The position numbers and the translations under genes are program-made. Below, piece after piece: positions 19,360-29,300 of a stretch of DNA of 64,000 bases. The stretch comes from Dehalococcoidia bacterium (GTDB lineage: Bacteria > Chloroflexota > Dehalococcoidia > Plut-88900). Position 1 is the first letter of the stretch, and each line of letters starts with the position of its first letter. The stretch is taken from positions 2,304,001-2,368,000 of the forward strand of contig OZ240215.1 in the NCBI GenBank assembly GCA_965197585.1. Reading direction: 5' to 3'. Below the pieces are notes generated by a model, which was given only the letters and a program-made list of their open reading frames with translations, was not told where the DNA came from and did not search any database.

Positions 19360-20397
19360 ATGCAACTTCGCAAACTATCCAATGGGCTGAAGGCCGCGTA
19401 CCGTGGGTCAAACGTCGCCGGTCGCGTGCAGCACTTCGATGGATGGCTCGATAGAGCGTCTGCCAATGATGCCGATGCCAAGGACTACGACCACGCCGCA
19501 ACCGTCAAGGAATACTACGACCTTTGCAGCGAGTTCATGGTGTTCGGTTGGGGCGAATCCCTGCACTTCGCTCCGCTATCGCACAAGGAGAGTGTGGAAG
19601 ACTCCAAGATCCGGCATCAGCGACTCATGATAGCCAAGCTGGAACTGCGCGAGGGGATGACGGTGGTCGATGTCGGTTGCGGGATCGGCGGCCCGATGCG
19701 CAATGTCGTCCGTGAGTCCGGTGTCAGGGTCCTCGGGGTCAACAGCAATGAAATCCAGCTGGACAAGGCGAAATCGTTGACCTCCGAGGCGGGTCTCGAC
19801 CACATGGTCGACTACCTTGCTTGCAGCTTCATGGACATGGGCGCCATCGCGGACGGCACGTTCGACCGCGCCTACGCTATCGAATCAACCTGCCATGCGC
19901 CGGACAAGGCGGGCGCGTTCGCCGAGATATACCGCGTGCTGAAACCCGGGGCCCTCTTTTGGGGCCAGGAAATGTGCATGACGGACAAGTTCGACCCCAA
20001 CGATAATCGTCACCGGGCTATCAAGCGGGACTTGATGCGTGGCATCGCGCTCAAGGATATCGCGACCATGAGCGAGGTGAACCGAGCCCTCGAAAAGGTT
20101 GGATTTTCTGTCGTCGAGGGGAAGAACCGGGCCATTGATGAGAACATTCTGATCACGCCGTGGTATCAGCCCATGGAGACGCGGCGCAGGACCCTGAACA
20201 ACGGTCTCCGTAGGACCCCCCTCGGCCGCAAGGTGTTCATCGGGGCATCCAGGCTGGCCGAGGCGCTGAGAGTGTTCCCGAAAGGCTCTACGGATGTGGT
20301 CGGACTGCTTGATCGGACCGCCAACGCCTGTGTCGCGGGCGGCAGGGCCGGAATCTTCACGCCATTGTACTGCTTCCTGGCTCGCAAACCCCTTTAG
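19360..20397 (+). CDS. Sterol 24-C-methyltransferase-like SAM-dependent methyltransferase
   Basis: [43 protein letters not shown] match SMT/ERG6 regions I-IV; start 19345 or 19360. Confidence 0.85.
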   Translation: MQLRKLSNGLKAAYRGSNVAGRVQHFDGWLDRASANDADAKDYDHAATVKEYYDLCSEFMVFGWGESLHFAPLSHKESVEDSKIRHQRLMIAKLELREGMTVVDVGCGIGGPMRNVVRESGVRVLGVNSNEIQLDKAKSLTSEAGLDHMVDYLACSFMDMGAIADGTFDRAYAIESTCHAPDKAGAFAEIYRVLKPGALFWGQEMCMTDKFDPNDNRHRAIKRDLMRGIALKDIATMSEVNRALEKVGFSVVEGKNRAIDENILITPWYQPMETRRRTLNNGLRRTPLGRKVFIGASRLAEALRVFPKGSTDVVGLLDRTANACVAGGRAGIFTPLYCFLARKPL

Positions 20398-20496
20398 CGA
20401 AGTGTTGTACGTAAATATTCGACAGTCGCTGTCCTCCTCTCCCCAGCGGCGGTTGTAGACCGAGGCTCGGGTGAGGGTGGCGGGGCCGGAAACTCT
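20398..20496. repeat. Direct repeat R2 flanking the methyltransferase gene
   Basis: Begins immediately after the TAG stop; homologous to 19171-19279. Confidence 0.75.
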
Positions 20497-20519
20497 TGCA
20501 TGGCCGTCCCCCAACCACC

Positions 20520-20850
20520 CAGGCGCAACGCCGGCCCCCTCTAGCTTACGGCTCGACCTAACCCCTGTCGTGAATCCGTACCCCACACCCCCAACAATGC
20601 CATGCGGTGGTATGCCGACGTTCCCGTCCGACCTACGTTGATGTCAACTCCCATCTCTACCCGGTCCTCCCGGTCCAGTGCATCGACGAACTCCACCACT
20701 AACCGCACAGGATGATCCTTCAGAGCCATCTCATCCAGGGTCGGAGGCAGCACCCACACCTGCTATCGGCCCATCGGGCGCAGTGGCATCTCGAATAACC
20801 GCCACTCGGAACTTCTCACCTCCAAGTTTACCCTGATGCATAAACCCCCA
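20520..20850 (-). pseudogene. IS1182-family transposase N-terminal remnant
   Basis: MPLRPMGR*QVWVLPPTLDE..DHPVR...AYH..LLGVW/YGFTTGVRSSRKLE; internal stop, frameshift and truncation. Confidence 0.75.
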
Positions 20851-20872
20851 CTCCCTATTGAGACAGGCTCAG

Positions 20873-21045
20873 CCGCTCGCCCTGTCGAAGATGCGCCGAG
20901 GCGTGAGCCCCGTCGAAGGGTCTCAAGAGTGGAATGGGCGGGGCTCCCTCCCTCAAACAGCCTTCCGTAGGGGCGGGGTATTCCGCTCGCCCTGAGCCCC
21001 GTCGAAGGGTCTCAAGAGCGGAATGGGCAGGGCTTCCTCCCTCAT
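20873..21045. repeat. Tandem pair of CCCTGAGC-GTCGAAGGG palindromic repeat units
   Basis: ccgctcgccctg(+21-nt insert)agccccgtcgaagggtctcaagag.ggaatgggc.gggct.cctccctca occurs twice. Confidence 0.8.
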
Positions 21046-21151
21046 ATGGCCCTCGTACAAGCAATTCCCGAATCGCCCTCCCCCCTCCCCTATTGAAAAC
21101 CCCTCACCCTTCCCATTACCATAGCCCCACCCCTCACCCAAGGAGCGACCT

Positions 21152-22726
21152 ATGGCCGGATTCACATGGGAAGCCGCCCGAACCAAGCTCGTCGAGGCCC
21201 GGGAGCGCGCTCTACAACTCGGCGGCCCCGATTCCGTCGCCCGCCAGCGCGCCGCTGGACGCTGGACCATCCGCGAGCGCATCGACCACATCACCGACCC
21301 CCGTTCCTTCCTCGAAGTCGGCACCGTAGCCGTCCATGAGCGCTTCGACCCCGACGGTAACCGCCTTCCGGACACCGCATCCGGCTACGTTATGGGTCTC
21401 GGACAGATCGATGGCCGGGACGTGGCGGTCGGTGGAGAGGACTTCACCGTCGAAGGCGGTGTAATTGACACCCAACATGACCGACTCAAGGGCGGCATGG
21501 CCGGCTTCATTGAGGAACTCGCCCACGAATATCGCATCCCCCTGGTCATGCTCATGGAAGGCGTCGGAGGCGGTGTTGGCTGGGAGGCTCACCAGGGCCA
21601 CGCTCCCCTCGTCAGCGGCCACAAAATCGACGTTTCCTACAAGCTAATGGGAGAGGTCCCGGTAATGGCCGCAGCCATGGGCGCCTGCGCAGGGGTCACC
21701 GGCGCCCGACTCGCCGTCTCCCACTTCAGTGTCATGACCAAGGCCGCCTGCATCTTCGCCGGCGGCCCTCCCCTTGTCGAGCGGGCCTTGGGTCACCGCA
21801 TCGACAAGTTCGAGTTGGGCGGAGCCGAGGTCCACGCAGTCATCTCCGGTGTGGTAGACAACATCGCCGAGGACGACGCCGACGCCATACGCCAGATCAA
21901 GACCGTTCTCAGCTACCTCCCCCAAAACGTCTGGGAGATGCCTCCCTACGTACCCACCGACGACCCCCCTGACCGCCAGGACGAGGTCCTCCTCGAAATC
22001 ATGCCCGAGGACCAAAAGGCCGCCTTCGACGTACGGGACATCATCGAGGTCGTTGCCGACCGCGGCTCCTTCTTCGAAATAGGCGGCCACCGCGCACCGG
22101 CCTTCGTATGCGGCTTCGCCCGTTTCGGAGGCTACCCCGTCGGCATTCTCGCCAACAATCCCATGCACCTCGGCGGTGCCCTCGACGGCCCGGGCTCCGA
22201 GAAGAAGACTCGCTTCATAGACTTCTGCGACACCTTCCACATGCCCATGATCTACTTCGTAGACGTCCCCGGCTTCATGATCGGCCCCGACGCCGAGAGG
22301 GAGGGCACTCTCCGCAAAGGGATGCGCGCTCTCCAGGCCCTCCATGACGCCAACGTTCCCATGGTCTCCGTGTATCTGCACAAGTGCTACGGCATGGCCG
22401 GCCTCGCCACGGGCAACGCCAGCCGCCTGAACCTCCGCCTCGCATGGCCCACCGCCGAGTGGGGAGACATGCCCATCGAAGGCGGCGTCTTTTCAGCCCA
22501 CCGACGCCAGATCCAGGCATCAGACGACCCCGCCGCCTACATCGCCCAGATCGAGGACCGCATGCGTAAGGCCGCATCCCCCTGGAAGACCGCCGAGGCC
22601 TTCGGTGTAGAGGAGATGATCGACCCGACCGAGACCCGCGGTATCATCATCCGCTTCCTCAAAGCCGCACAGGGTGTTGTCAAACAAACCCTCGGCTCTA
22701 ACCCCAGATACGGAGCCCGCCTCTAA
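21152..22726 (+). CDS. Acyl-CoA carboxyltransferase beta subunit family
   Basis: RERIDHITDPRSFLEVG, DFTVEGG, FAGGPPLV, DVPGFMIG, IDPTETR. Confidence 0.9.
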   Translation: MAGFTWEAARTKLVEARERALQLGGPDSVARQRAAGRWTIRERIDHITDPRSFLEVGTVAVHERFDPDGNRLPDTASGYVMGLGQIDGRDVAVGGEDFTVEGGVIDTQHDRLKGGMAGFIEELAHEYRIPLVMLMEGVGGGVGWEAHQGHAPLVSGHKIDVSYKLMGEVPVMAAAMGACAGVTGARLAVSHFSVMTKAACIFAGGPPLVERALGHRIDKFELGGAEVHAVISGVVDNIAEDDADAIRQIKTVLSYLPQNVWEMPPYVPTDDPPDRQDEVLLEIMPEDQKAAFDVRDIIEVVADRGSFFEIGGHRAPAFVCGFARFGGYPVGILANNPMHLGGALDGPGSEKKTRFIDFCDTFHMPMIYFVDVPGFMIGPDAEREGTLRKGMRALQALHDANVPMVSVYLHKCYGMAGLATGNASRLNLRLAWPTAEWGDMPIEGGVFSAHRRQIQASDDPAAYIAQIEDRMRKAASPWKTAEAFGVEEMIDPTETRGIIIRFLKAAQGVVKQTLGSNPRYGARL

Positions 22727-22729
22727 CCT

Positions 22730-23953
22730 ATGGACTCTCCTACCACCCCCCAATCGTCAAACGAGGGCCGCACTCTCCTTGCCACAACCACGGTCGCCGG
22801 CCACGGGCTCAAGCACCTCTATGCCGCCGCCTTCATGATCGTCCTCCCGGAGATCAAGGCCAGCCTCATGCTGTCCAACCTCGCCGCCGGCGCCCTGGTC
22901 ACTGCACGAGACGTCTCTGCCGGGGTCTCCACAATGCCCTCCGGCTTCCTCGCCGACCGCTTCAGCGGCAAGTGGGCCATAATCCTCACCATTTCCTTGG
23001 CCTTTATAGCTGTTGGCTACCTCGCAGCCGGTGCTGTGGAGAGATATTTCGCTGTCGCCATTTCCATCGTTCTTTTCGGCATCGGCGTATCCCTCTGGCA
23101 TCCCTCCGCCATCGCTTCCCTGTCGGCCCGATTCCCAACCAGGATTGGTTTTGCTATCTCCCTCCACGGGTCGGGAGGGTCCGCAGGCGAGATCCTCGGA
23201 CCTCTCATAGCCGGCGCCTTGCTTCTGCTCATCTCCTGGCCCCAACTCTTTCAACTCAGCTTCATCCCCGCAGCCCTCGCCGCCGTATTGGTGTGGTTTG
23301 CTCTCAGGAATCTCAAGGGCCAACAGGGTGTCACCTCCCTCAGGGAGTATTTCGCCACCTCCGGCGTTCTGCTGAAGAACCGGGCCTTTATCGCCGTGAT
23401 CGTCCTCTCGGGCTTTCGCTCTATGAGCAATCACGTCATCACGACCTTCGTCCCCATCTACCTCCGAGAAGACCTCGAGTTTTCCTCCCTCGAAGTCGGG
23501 ATCTACGCATCGCTCCTGCAGGCCATAGGCATAGTTACACACCCCCTTATGGGGTACATTTCCGACAAGTACGGCCGAAAGATCGCCCTTGTCCCGGGCA
23601 TGATATTCTTCGGGCTCCTCTGCATCGCCCTCGCCTACGCCTCCGAGGGCCCCCAATTGATCCTAACCATCATCGCTATCGGCGCGGTGATGTTCACTTT
23701 CCACCACATCTTCGTCGCCTACGCCATAGACCTCTCTCCCCCCGGCGTCCACGGCACCTCCGTGGCCCTCGTCTACACCGGTTCCATGTTATTCGGAGGT
23801 ATCGGTGCGATCCTCGGCGGCCTCCTCGCCGACGAAGTCTCCCTCCCGTCGACCTTTATCTTCGCCGGCATAGTCGTCATAGCTGCCGCATTCCTGCTGA
23901 TCTTCGTCCCAACCCGCGACAACACGGAATCCGCGCCCATAGCCCGCGCATAG
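22730..23953 (+). CDS. MFS transporter
   Basis: 12 TM segments; GFLADRFSG, GYISDKYGRK. Confidence 0.9.
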   Translation: MDSPTTPQSSNEGRTLLATTTVAGHGLKHLYAAAFMIVLPEIKASLMLSNLAAGALVTARDVSAGVSTMPSGFLADRFSGKWAIILTISLAFIAVGYLAAGAVERYFAVAISIVLFGIGVSLWHPSAIASLSARFPTRIGFAISLHGSGGSAGEILGPLIAGALLLLISWPQLFQLSFIPAALAAVLVWFALRNLKGQQGVTSLREYFATSGVLLKNRAFIAVIVLSGFRSMSNHVITTFVPIYLREDLEFSSLEVGIYASLLQAIGIVTHPLMGYISDKYGRKIALVPGMIFFGLLCIALAYASEGPQLILTIIAIGAVMFTFHHIFVAYAIDLSPPGVHGTSVALVYTGSMLFGGIGAILGGLLADEVSLPSTFIFAGIVVIAAAFLLIFVPTRDNTESAPIARA

Positions 23954-23994
23954 TGAACGGAGGCTCTATACCTCCTTAAACGGAGGTGTTGACG

Positions 23995-25197
23995 ATGGAC
24001 CCCTCCACCCAGCCCCCCACTCGCGAACCAGGCCCTAAACTGCTGGCGTTCACCATGGTCACGGGCCACGGGCTCAAACACCTGTACAGCGCTGCCTTTT
24101 CGGTCGTCTTTCCCGAGATCAAGGTCGGGCTGGGGCTTAGCAACCTCGCCGCGGGAGCCCTCGTCATGTCCCGGGACGTCAGCAGCGGCGCGGCCGCAAT
24201 GCCCGGCGGCTTCATCGCCGACCGCTACAGCAGCAAGCGGCCGCTGTTTCTGTTGGCGGCCATTATGCTGGTTGCCCTCGGCTACTTGGCCTCCGGGTCA
24301 CTGCAGACGTACTACGCCATAGCTTTGGCTGTGATTCTGGTCGGCGTGGGCACTTCCATGTGGCACCCTACGGCTATAGCAGCGCTATCCGCACGTTTCC
24401 CTGCAAGAAGAGGCTTGGCCCTCACTATGCACAGGGCAGGGGCCAGTGTGGGAGAGGTGCTGGGCCCCTTGGTGGCTGGAGGGCTCCTCTCAGTCATCCT
24501 GTGGCCTCGGCTTCTCCAGTACAGCTTCTTCCCGGCTGCCCTCGCCGCGATTGTCATATGGCTCGCCCTCCGAGGCCTGAAAGGCCAGCAGGGCGCCGCA
24601 TCGAGCAAAGAATATTTCTCAGCCGTTGTGCCGCTGTTCAAGAACCGGCGTCTAATGGCCGTGTTGGCACTGTGCGGCGTAGTAAGCATGGGCGACTACG
24701 CCATGGTAACCTTCCTGCCGATATATCTTAGGGAACACCTCGAGTTTTCGACCTTCAAAGTTGGCGTGTACATCTCACTCCTGCATACCGTCGGCATAGC
24801 GACACATCCGATCATGGGATTCGTATCGGACCGGTTCGGTCGCAAGTCGGTGCTCGTGCCTGAACTGACAATCTTCGGCCTCCTCTGCGTAGCCTTGGCC
24901 TACGCCGACCCAGGGATTCAACTGCTCCTTACCATTATTGCCATCGCCGCGGTCACCTTCACCTACCTCCCAATTTTCGTCGCCACAGCCATTGACCTGT
25001 CGCCCCCCGGAGTTCACGGCACAACCGTTGGCCTGGTCTATACGGCGTCCATGGCGATCGGCGCATTCGGAGCCGTGATAGGCGGCCTCATCGCCGACCA
25101 CATATCAATACAGTCCACTTTCGTATTCTCCGGAATTACCATCGTGGCCTCCGCCCTGGTCCTAATCATCATCCCCACCCGCTCTCAAGAAACCTAG
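23995..25197 (+). CDS. MFS transporter (tandem paralog)
   Basis: GHGLKHLY, GFVSDRFGRK, DLSPPGVHGT shared with the upstream gene; start 23986-23995. Confidence 0.9.
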   Translation: MDPSTQPPTREPGPKLLAFTMVTGHGLKHLYSAAFSVVFPEIKVGLGLSNLAAGALVMSRDVSSGAAAMPGGFIADRYSSKRPLFLLAAIMLVALGYLASGSLQTYYAIALAVILVGVGTSMWHPTAIAALSARFPARRGLALTMHRAGASVGEVLGPLVAGGLLSVILWPRLLQYSFFPAALAAIVIWLALRGLKGQQGAASSKEYFSAVVPLFKNRRLMAVLALCGVVSMGDYAMVTFLPIYLREHLEFSTFKVGVYISLLHTVGIATHPIMGFVSDRFGRKSVLVPELTIFGLLCVALAYADPGIQLLLTIIAIAAVTFTYLPIFVATAIDLSPPGVHGTTVGLVYTASMAIGAFGAVIGGLIADHISIQSTFVFSGITIVASALVLIIIPTRSQET

Positions 25198-25210
25198 ACC
25201 CCGCATATCC

Positions 25211-25240
25211 CGTCATTCCCGTGCCCCGACACGGGAATCC
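25211..25240. repeat. GTCATTCC...GGAATCC palindromic repeat
   Basis: cgtcATTCCCGTGccccgaCACGGGAATcc; relatives at ~26115, 26258, 32570, 46102 and 46328. Confidence 0.75.
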
Positions 25241-25344
25241 AGAACAACAGCCCGCATCAGTTAAGCCAACCGACTTTTCGACCCCAAAGACTCCTACGCG
25301 TTTATGCTAAAATCGCCCCACACCACCCCCAACGGAGATGCACC

Positions 25345-26055
25345 ATGACCACCGACACCTTCTGGGCAGACCTGAGAGAAGAAATCCAAAGCGAAGCCGT
25401 CGTCAATCACCCCATCTACATCGACCTGGTCAACGGCGTCCTTAAGCCAAACACCCTCGCCGAGCTCTGCGCCCAGCTTAAGCACACCGTAGAAGAGGGC
25501 ATCTCCTCCCTGTCTCTCATCATCCCCCAAGCCCCGAGACACACCCGCATGGAACTCGCCGAAAACCTGTTCGGCGAGTTGACCGGCACTCCTGATGTCC
25601 CTTCTCACTGGGAGTTAGCCATTCGGGCCGGAGCCGCCGCCGGATTCTCGGAAGAGGACGTCGACGCACGCCCCATGATCCCAGAGACCAAGGTCTACCC
25701 CGACACCGTCTCCGCCTACGCCATGCGCGGCAGGTGGGTGGAAGCTCTCAGCTTCGTATCGATGGGCATCGAGGATATGTTCACCGAGTTCTGCGACGGC
25801 GTCACTAAGGGCCTCATCGACAAATACGGCTACACCGAAGCACAGGCCTCATACTTCGCCGTACACGTCGGCGCCGACGAGGTCCACGCTGAGACCGGCT
25901 GGAGCACCGCCGCCGCTCATGCCACCACCCCCGAGCAAAAGGCCTCCGTACGACGCGCAGCCCTTGAAGGCCGTAACATGTGGTGGAACATGTACTCCGC
26001 CGTCTACAAGATGGGCGAAGGCAAAGAAGCCCGGACGCTCAGGATGGACGCCTAG
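25345..26055 (+). CDS. TenA/PqqC/heme-oxygenase-like (iron-containing redox) protein
   Basis: ENLFGE..G...SH, GIE, YFAVHVGADEVH metal-ligand pattern. Confidence 0.75.
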   Translation: MTTDTFWADLREEIQSEAVVNHPIYIDLVNGVLKPNTLAELCAQLKHTVEEGISSLSLIIPQAPRHTRMELAENLFGELTGTPDVPSHWELAIRAGAAAGFSEEDVDARPMIPETKVYPDTVSAYAMRGRWVEALSFVSMGIEDMFTEFCDGVTKGLIDKYGYTEAQASYFAVHVGADEVHAETGWSTAAAHATTPEQKASVRRAALEGRNMWWNMYSAVYKMGEGKEARTLRMDA

Positions 26056-26097
26056 CCGCTTCCGTACGCCTTCCCCCTGCCACTCCCGAGGGGAGCC

Positions 26098-26275
26098 TGT
26101 CCGCCTAAGGCGGATCATTCCGGCTTTCGGCGGCCGGAATCCATCCCTGAGGTGGGGCCGCTCACCCTGAGCACCGTCGAAGGGTCGAGCGGGGGCGGCC
26201 CCAGACAGCTAATCCGTCGTGGTCGTCTACCGACTCTCAACCGAGTCCCTTATCCCCCGTCATTCCGAGGCCCTG
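26098..26275. repeat. Composite palindromic repeat element (homologous to 46102-46345)
   Basis: cattccgg..ccggaatccatcc..ggtggggccg.tcaccctgagcaccgtcgaaggg.cgagcggggg.cggccc..aatccgtcg..ccccgtcattcc. Confidence 0.75.
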
Positions 26276-26302
26276 CGAGGAAGCTGCGGCATACGTCTCA
26301 CC

Positions 26303-29300
26303 CTACCCCACCCCGCGCACCCTCCGACCCGGCCTACCAACCACCGACGCCCCCAACACCTCCAACTTCGCACTCCTCGGCAAAGCCGACCTCTCATTCA
26401 ACCTGCCCCCCTCCACCGACGCCACCGCAACCCCGTTCTGGTACACCACCAGGTTTCCCATCGCCGCCGGCACCCGGGCCCCGGGGCTGATAATCCCCAC
26501 CAGGTTCAACGGATCGCACGCCGACACCTGTACATACCGCCCAGACCCCTCCTGCTTCCGCGTCGAGCGCAACATTTCAATGGCTTCAGGTAGTGCGAAC
26601 TGCTCCCCCACGTGCCCAGATATGAACCTGCCCCCCCTGATCTTCCCCTGAGCCTCGGCCTGCCGGTATATTCTCACTAGCTCTCGCCACGGCGGCGCCA
26701 TCGGCTCCCGGGCCAGCATCTCGTAGAACACCACCCCATATCGGCGGAGCAGTTGGAACGCCCTCCCCGTCACCGACGTCTCGCCATCCCCCAACGGTTG
26801 CAGCAGGGACCAACGGGTCGTCGAAGGCCGATTCCTCGCCCTCCTTCGCAATCGGGTGCTGCGGCGCATACTCGGGGGCGGGCCATTGTTCACATGCCGC
26901 AGGGGCGTGAATCCGTCCGCCGTGGCCCGGCCCGCCGCCACCAGTTGCCACAGACCGTCCTTCACCTCCGAAGGCAGCCGCTTGCTCAGCTTGGCAATGT
27001 CCGACTGGAATGAGGCCCCGCGCTTCGTGAGAACGTTCAGGATATCCCGAGCCGCGCCACCCAGACCCTCATCATCCTCGGGAGTCGGGTCCACCAGCCA
27101 ATCTAGGTTTTCCCGAAGCCCCAGCGTTATCGGCCCGTTCCTCGTTAGTCCCACCTTGGATATGGGCTGATCGGGCATATGCCTGCGTTGTGTCATCCGG
27201 CCCCACACCACCTCCCCCCCAAAGCACAGGTCATCCAGCATCGTAGGCTCGAATCCCGCCACTCGAGCCTTCAGCAAATGCGGTTCCCAAGCTCCCGCCG
27301 CCGCCTCGAATCCCTGCAGCTGCTCGATAACCTCGATCAGCCCCGACACCCCGCTCAACATCCTGTCCGGCTCCACGTGCTGCCAGCGCAACAGGAACCG
27401 CATGAACACTGACTCCGAGACCGGCTCGATCTCCCTCCTCAGCCTCGATACCGTCGCCCTATGTATCCGGGCCAGGATACGCCTGTCACAGTATTCCTCG
27501 CCGGTAGCCCCCGGCCTGAACGACCCCCTCAACACCTGCCCCTCCGATTCCAGCTGCGCCAAGGCGGCCTTTACCGTCCCCTCCGGCAGTGCCAGCATCT
27601 CCCCGATCTCCTTGGCAGTCTGTGGCCCCGATACCTCTGTCCTGCCCCTGACCAACCTCACCGCCGCCTCCCCGGGATCTGCATCCGTGTCGCTCAGGAA
27701 ACGTTCCGGTGGTCTTGGATACAGGTCCGCTTCCGGGTATGCGGGCATCACTTCCCGTACCGTCTCGACCGCCACCCACGCCCGTGACCCATCCGCCCTC
27801 CTAAACGTCGTCACCCTCCCCGATTCCAACAGCTCTTCCAACCACTCTTTAACGACTCCCCCATCCCCACCTCCATACCTCACCGCAATCTCACCATCCG
27901 AGATCTGCCCGACGCTCAATAGCAGGTCGTGCATCTCGTCGGAGTCCCGGGCCGGTGGCCACGCATCCTCCGCCGCAGCAGCTATCGCCTCCGGGTCCAG
28001 GGAGCCCAGGTCTCGGGAGTCCTCCGGCAGTGCCCGCCTCAGCGATACCGCCCTGGACCTCCGCTCCTCCAGCGGGGCGTCGTCCAGAAAGGCGTAGGGC
28101 ATCGCATTCAATATCTGGTGGGAAAACACCGAGGGCTGAGGCGTGTCCCGTGCGAACACCTCCACCGCTCCCCGCTCTATGTCTCCCAGCAGCCGTGTCA
28201 ACTCTTTCAGGTCCATAGCCTCTGTCAGGCAGTCCCGCACCGTCTCAAATACCAGTGGGTGGTCCGGCACCTCGATATCGGCTGTCGGCGCGTTGTCCTG
28301 GCATTGCACCTGCGCCGGAAACACCGACGCCAAAAGGTCGTCGGACCTCATCCGCACCAGCGGAGCCGGCACCTTCTTTCCACCGGAGAACTTGATAATT
28401 GCCAAGGCCCGAGTAGCGTTCCAACGCCATCTCGTCTGGAACAGGGGCGCCTGTAGCGCCGCCTGCGTCAATACCTTCTCGACGTTCTTGGCGCTCAGAT
28501 AGCTGAACAGCTCCTCCAGGGGGAACGACAAATTCGGCCCCAACGAGAAGTTGATCCCGTCGTCCGTCGCCGCCGCCTGTAATTCGAAGTCGAAGCTGCG
28601 GCATATCTGCTTCCGCAGCGCCATCCCCCAGGCCCGGTTCACCCGCGCCCCGAGCGGCGAATGTATCACCACCTGCGTCCCACCCGACTCATCAAAGAAC
28701 CGCTCGGCGTATATCTTGTTCCCCGAAGGTACGCCACCGAGTACCCGCCTCCCCTCATCTACGTATTCGACCACCTGCCGGGCCGCCTCCCCTCCCACCC
28801 CCGACTGATCCGTCACCCACCCTTCCGCCTTGCCATTGTCTCCCAGCCGTTCCTCAATTCCGCCGCGCAGTTCCGTAATCTCCTCCGAAAGCTCCAATGT
28901 CCGACCCGGCGCCTCTCCTAACCAGAAAGGAATCGATGGCGGCAGTCCTTGGGCATCCTCCACCCGTACCCGCCCACTCTCCACCCTGCGGATACGCCAC
29001 GGCGTGTTGCCCAGCAAGAATATGTCGCCGGCCATACTCTCTATTGCGAAGTCTTCATTGACCGTCCCTACGAAAACACCTTCGGGGTCTGCCACAACGT
29101 CATAGTCTGCCGTATCAGGGATCGCTCCCCCGCTAGTCAATGCCGGTATCCGAGCCCCTCGCCTGCCCTTCAACTTACCCCCCACCCCATCCCTATGCAG
29201 GTGCGCCGTCCTCCTCCCTTCCCTCGGGGCCACCCCCTCGGCCAACATCTTCACCACCTCGTCATACTTCTTCCTCGGCAGGTCCCTGTACGGATAGGCT

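Noticed and set aside
19101-19481. 127-aa N-terminal extension of SoxB; possible glycine riboswitch
   Set aside because: Family similarity starts at MKNYSF, the extension overlaps repeat R1 and the SMT gene, and no glycine-aptamer signature was recognised.
19171-20496. Integron attC cassette
   Set aside because: No RYYYAAC...GTTRRRY bounded palindrome and no integrase in the window; kept only as direct repeats.
20873-21045. CRISPR array (also considered for 53912-53997)
   Set aside because: Only two units, no regular unique spacers and no cas genes.
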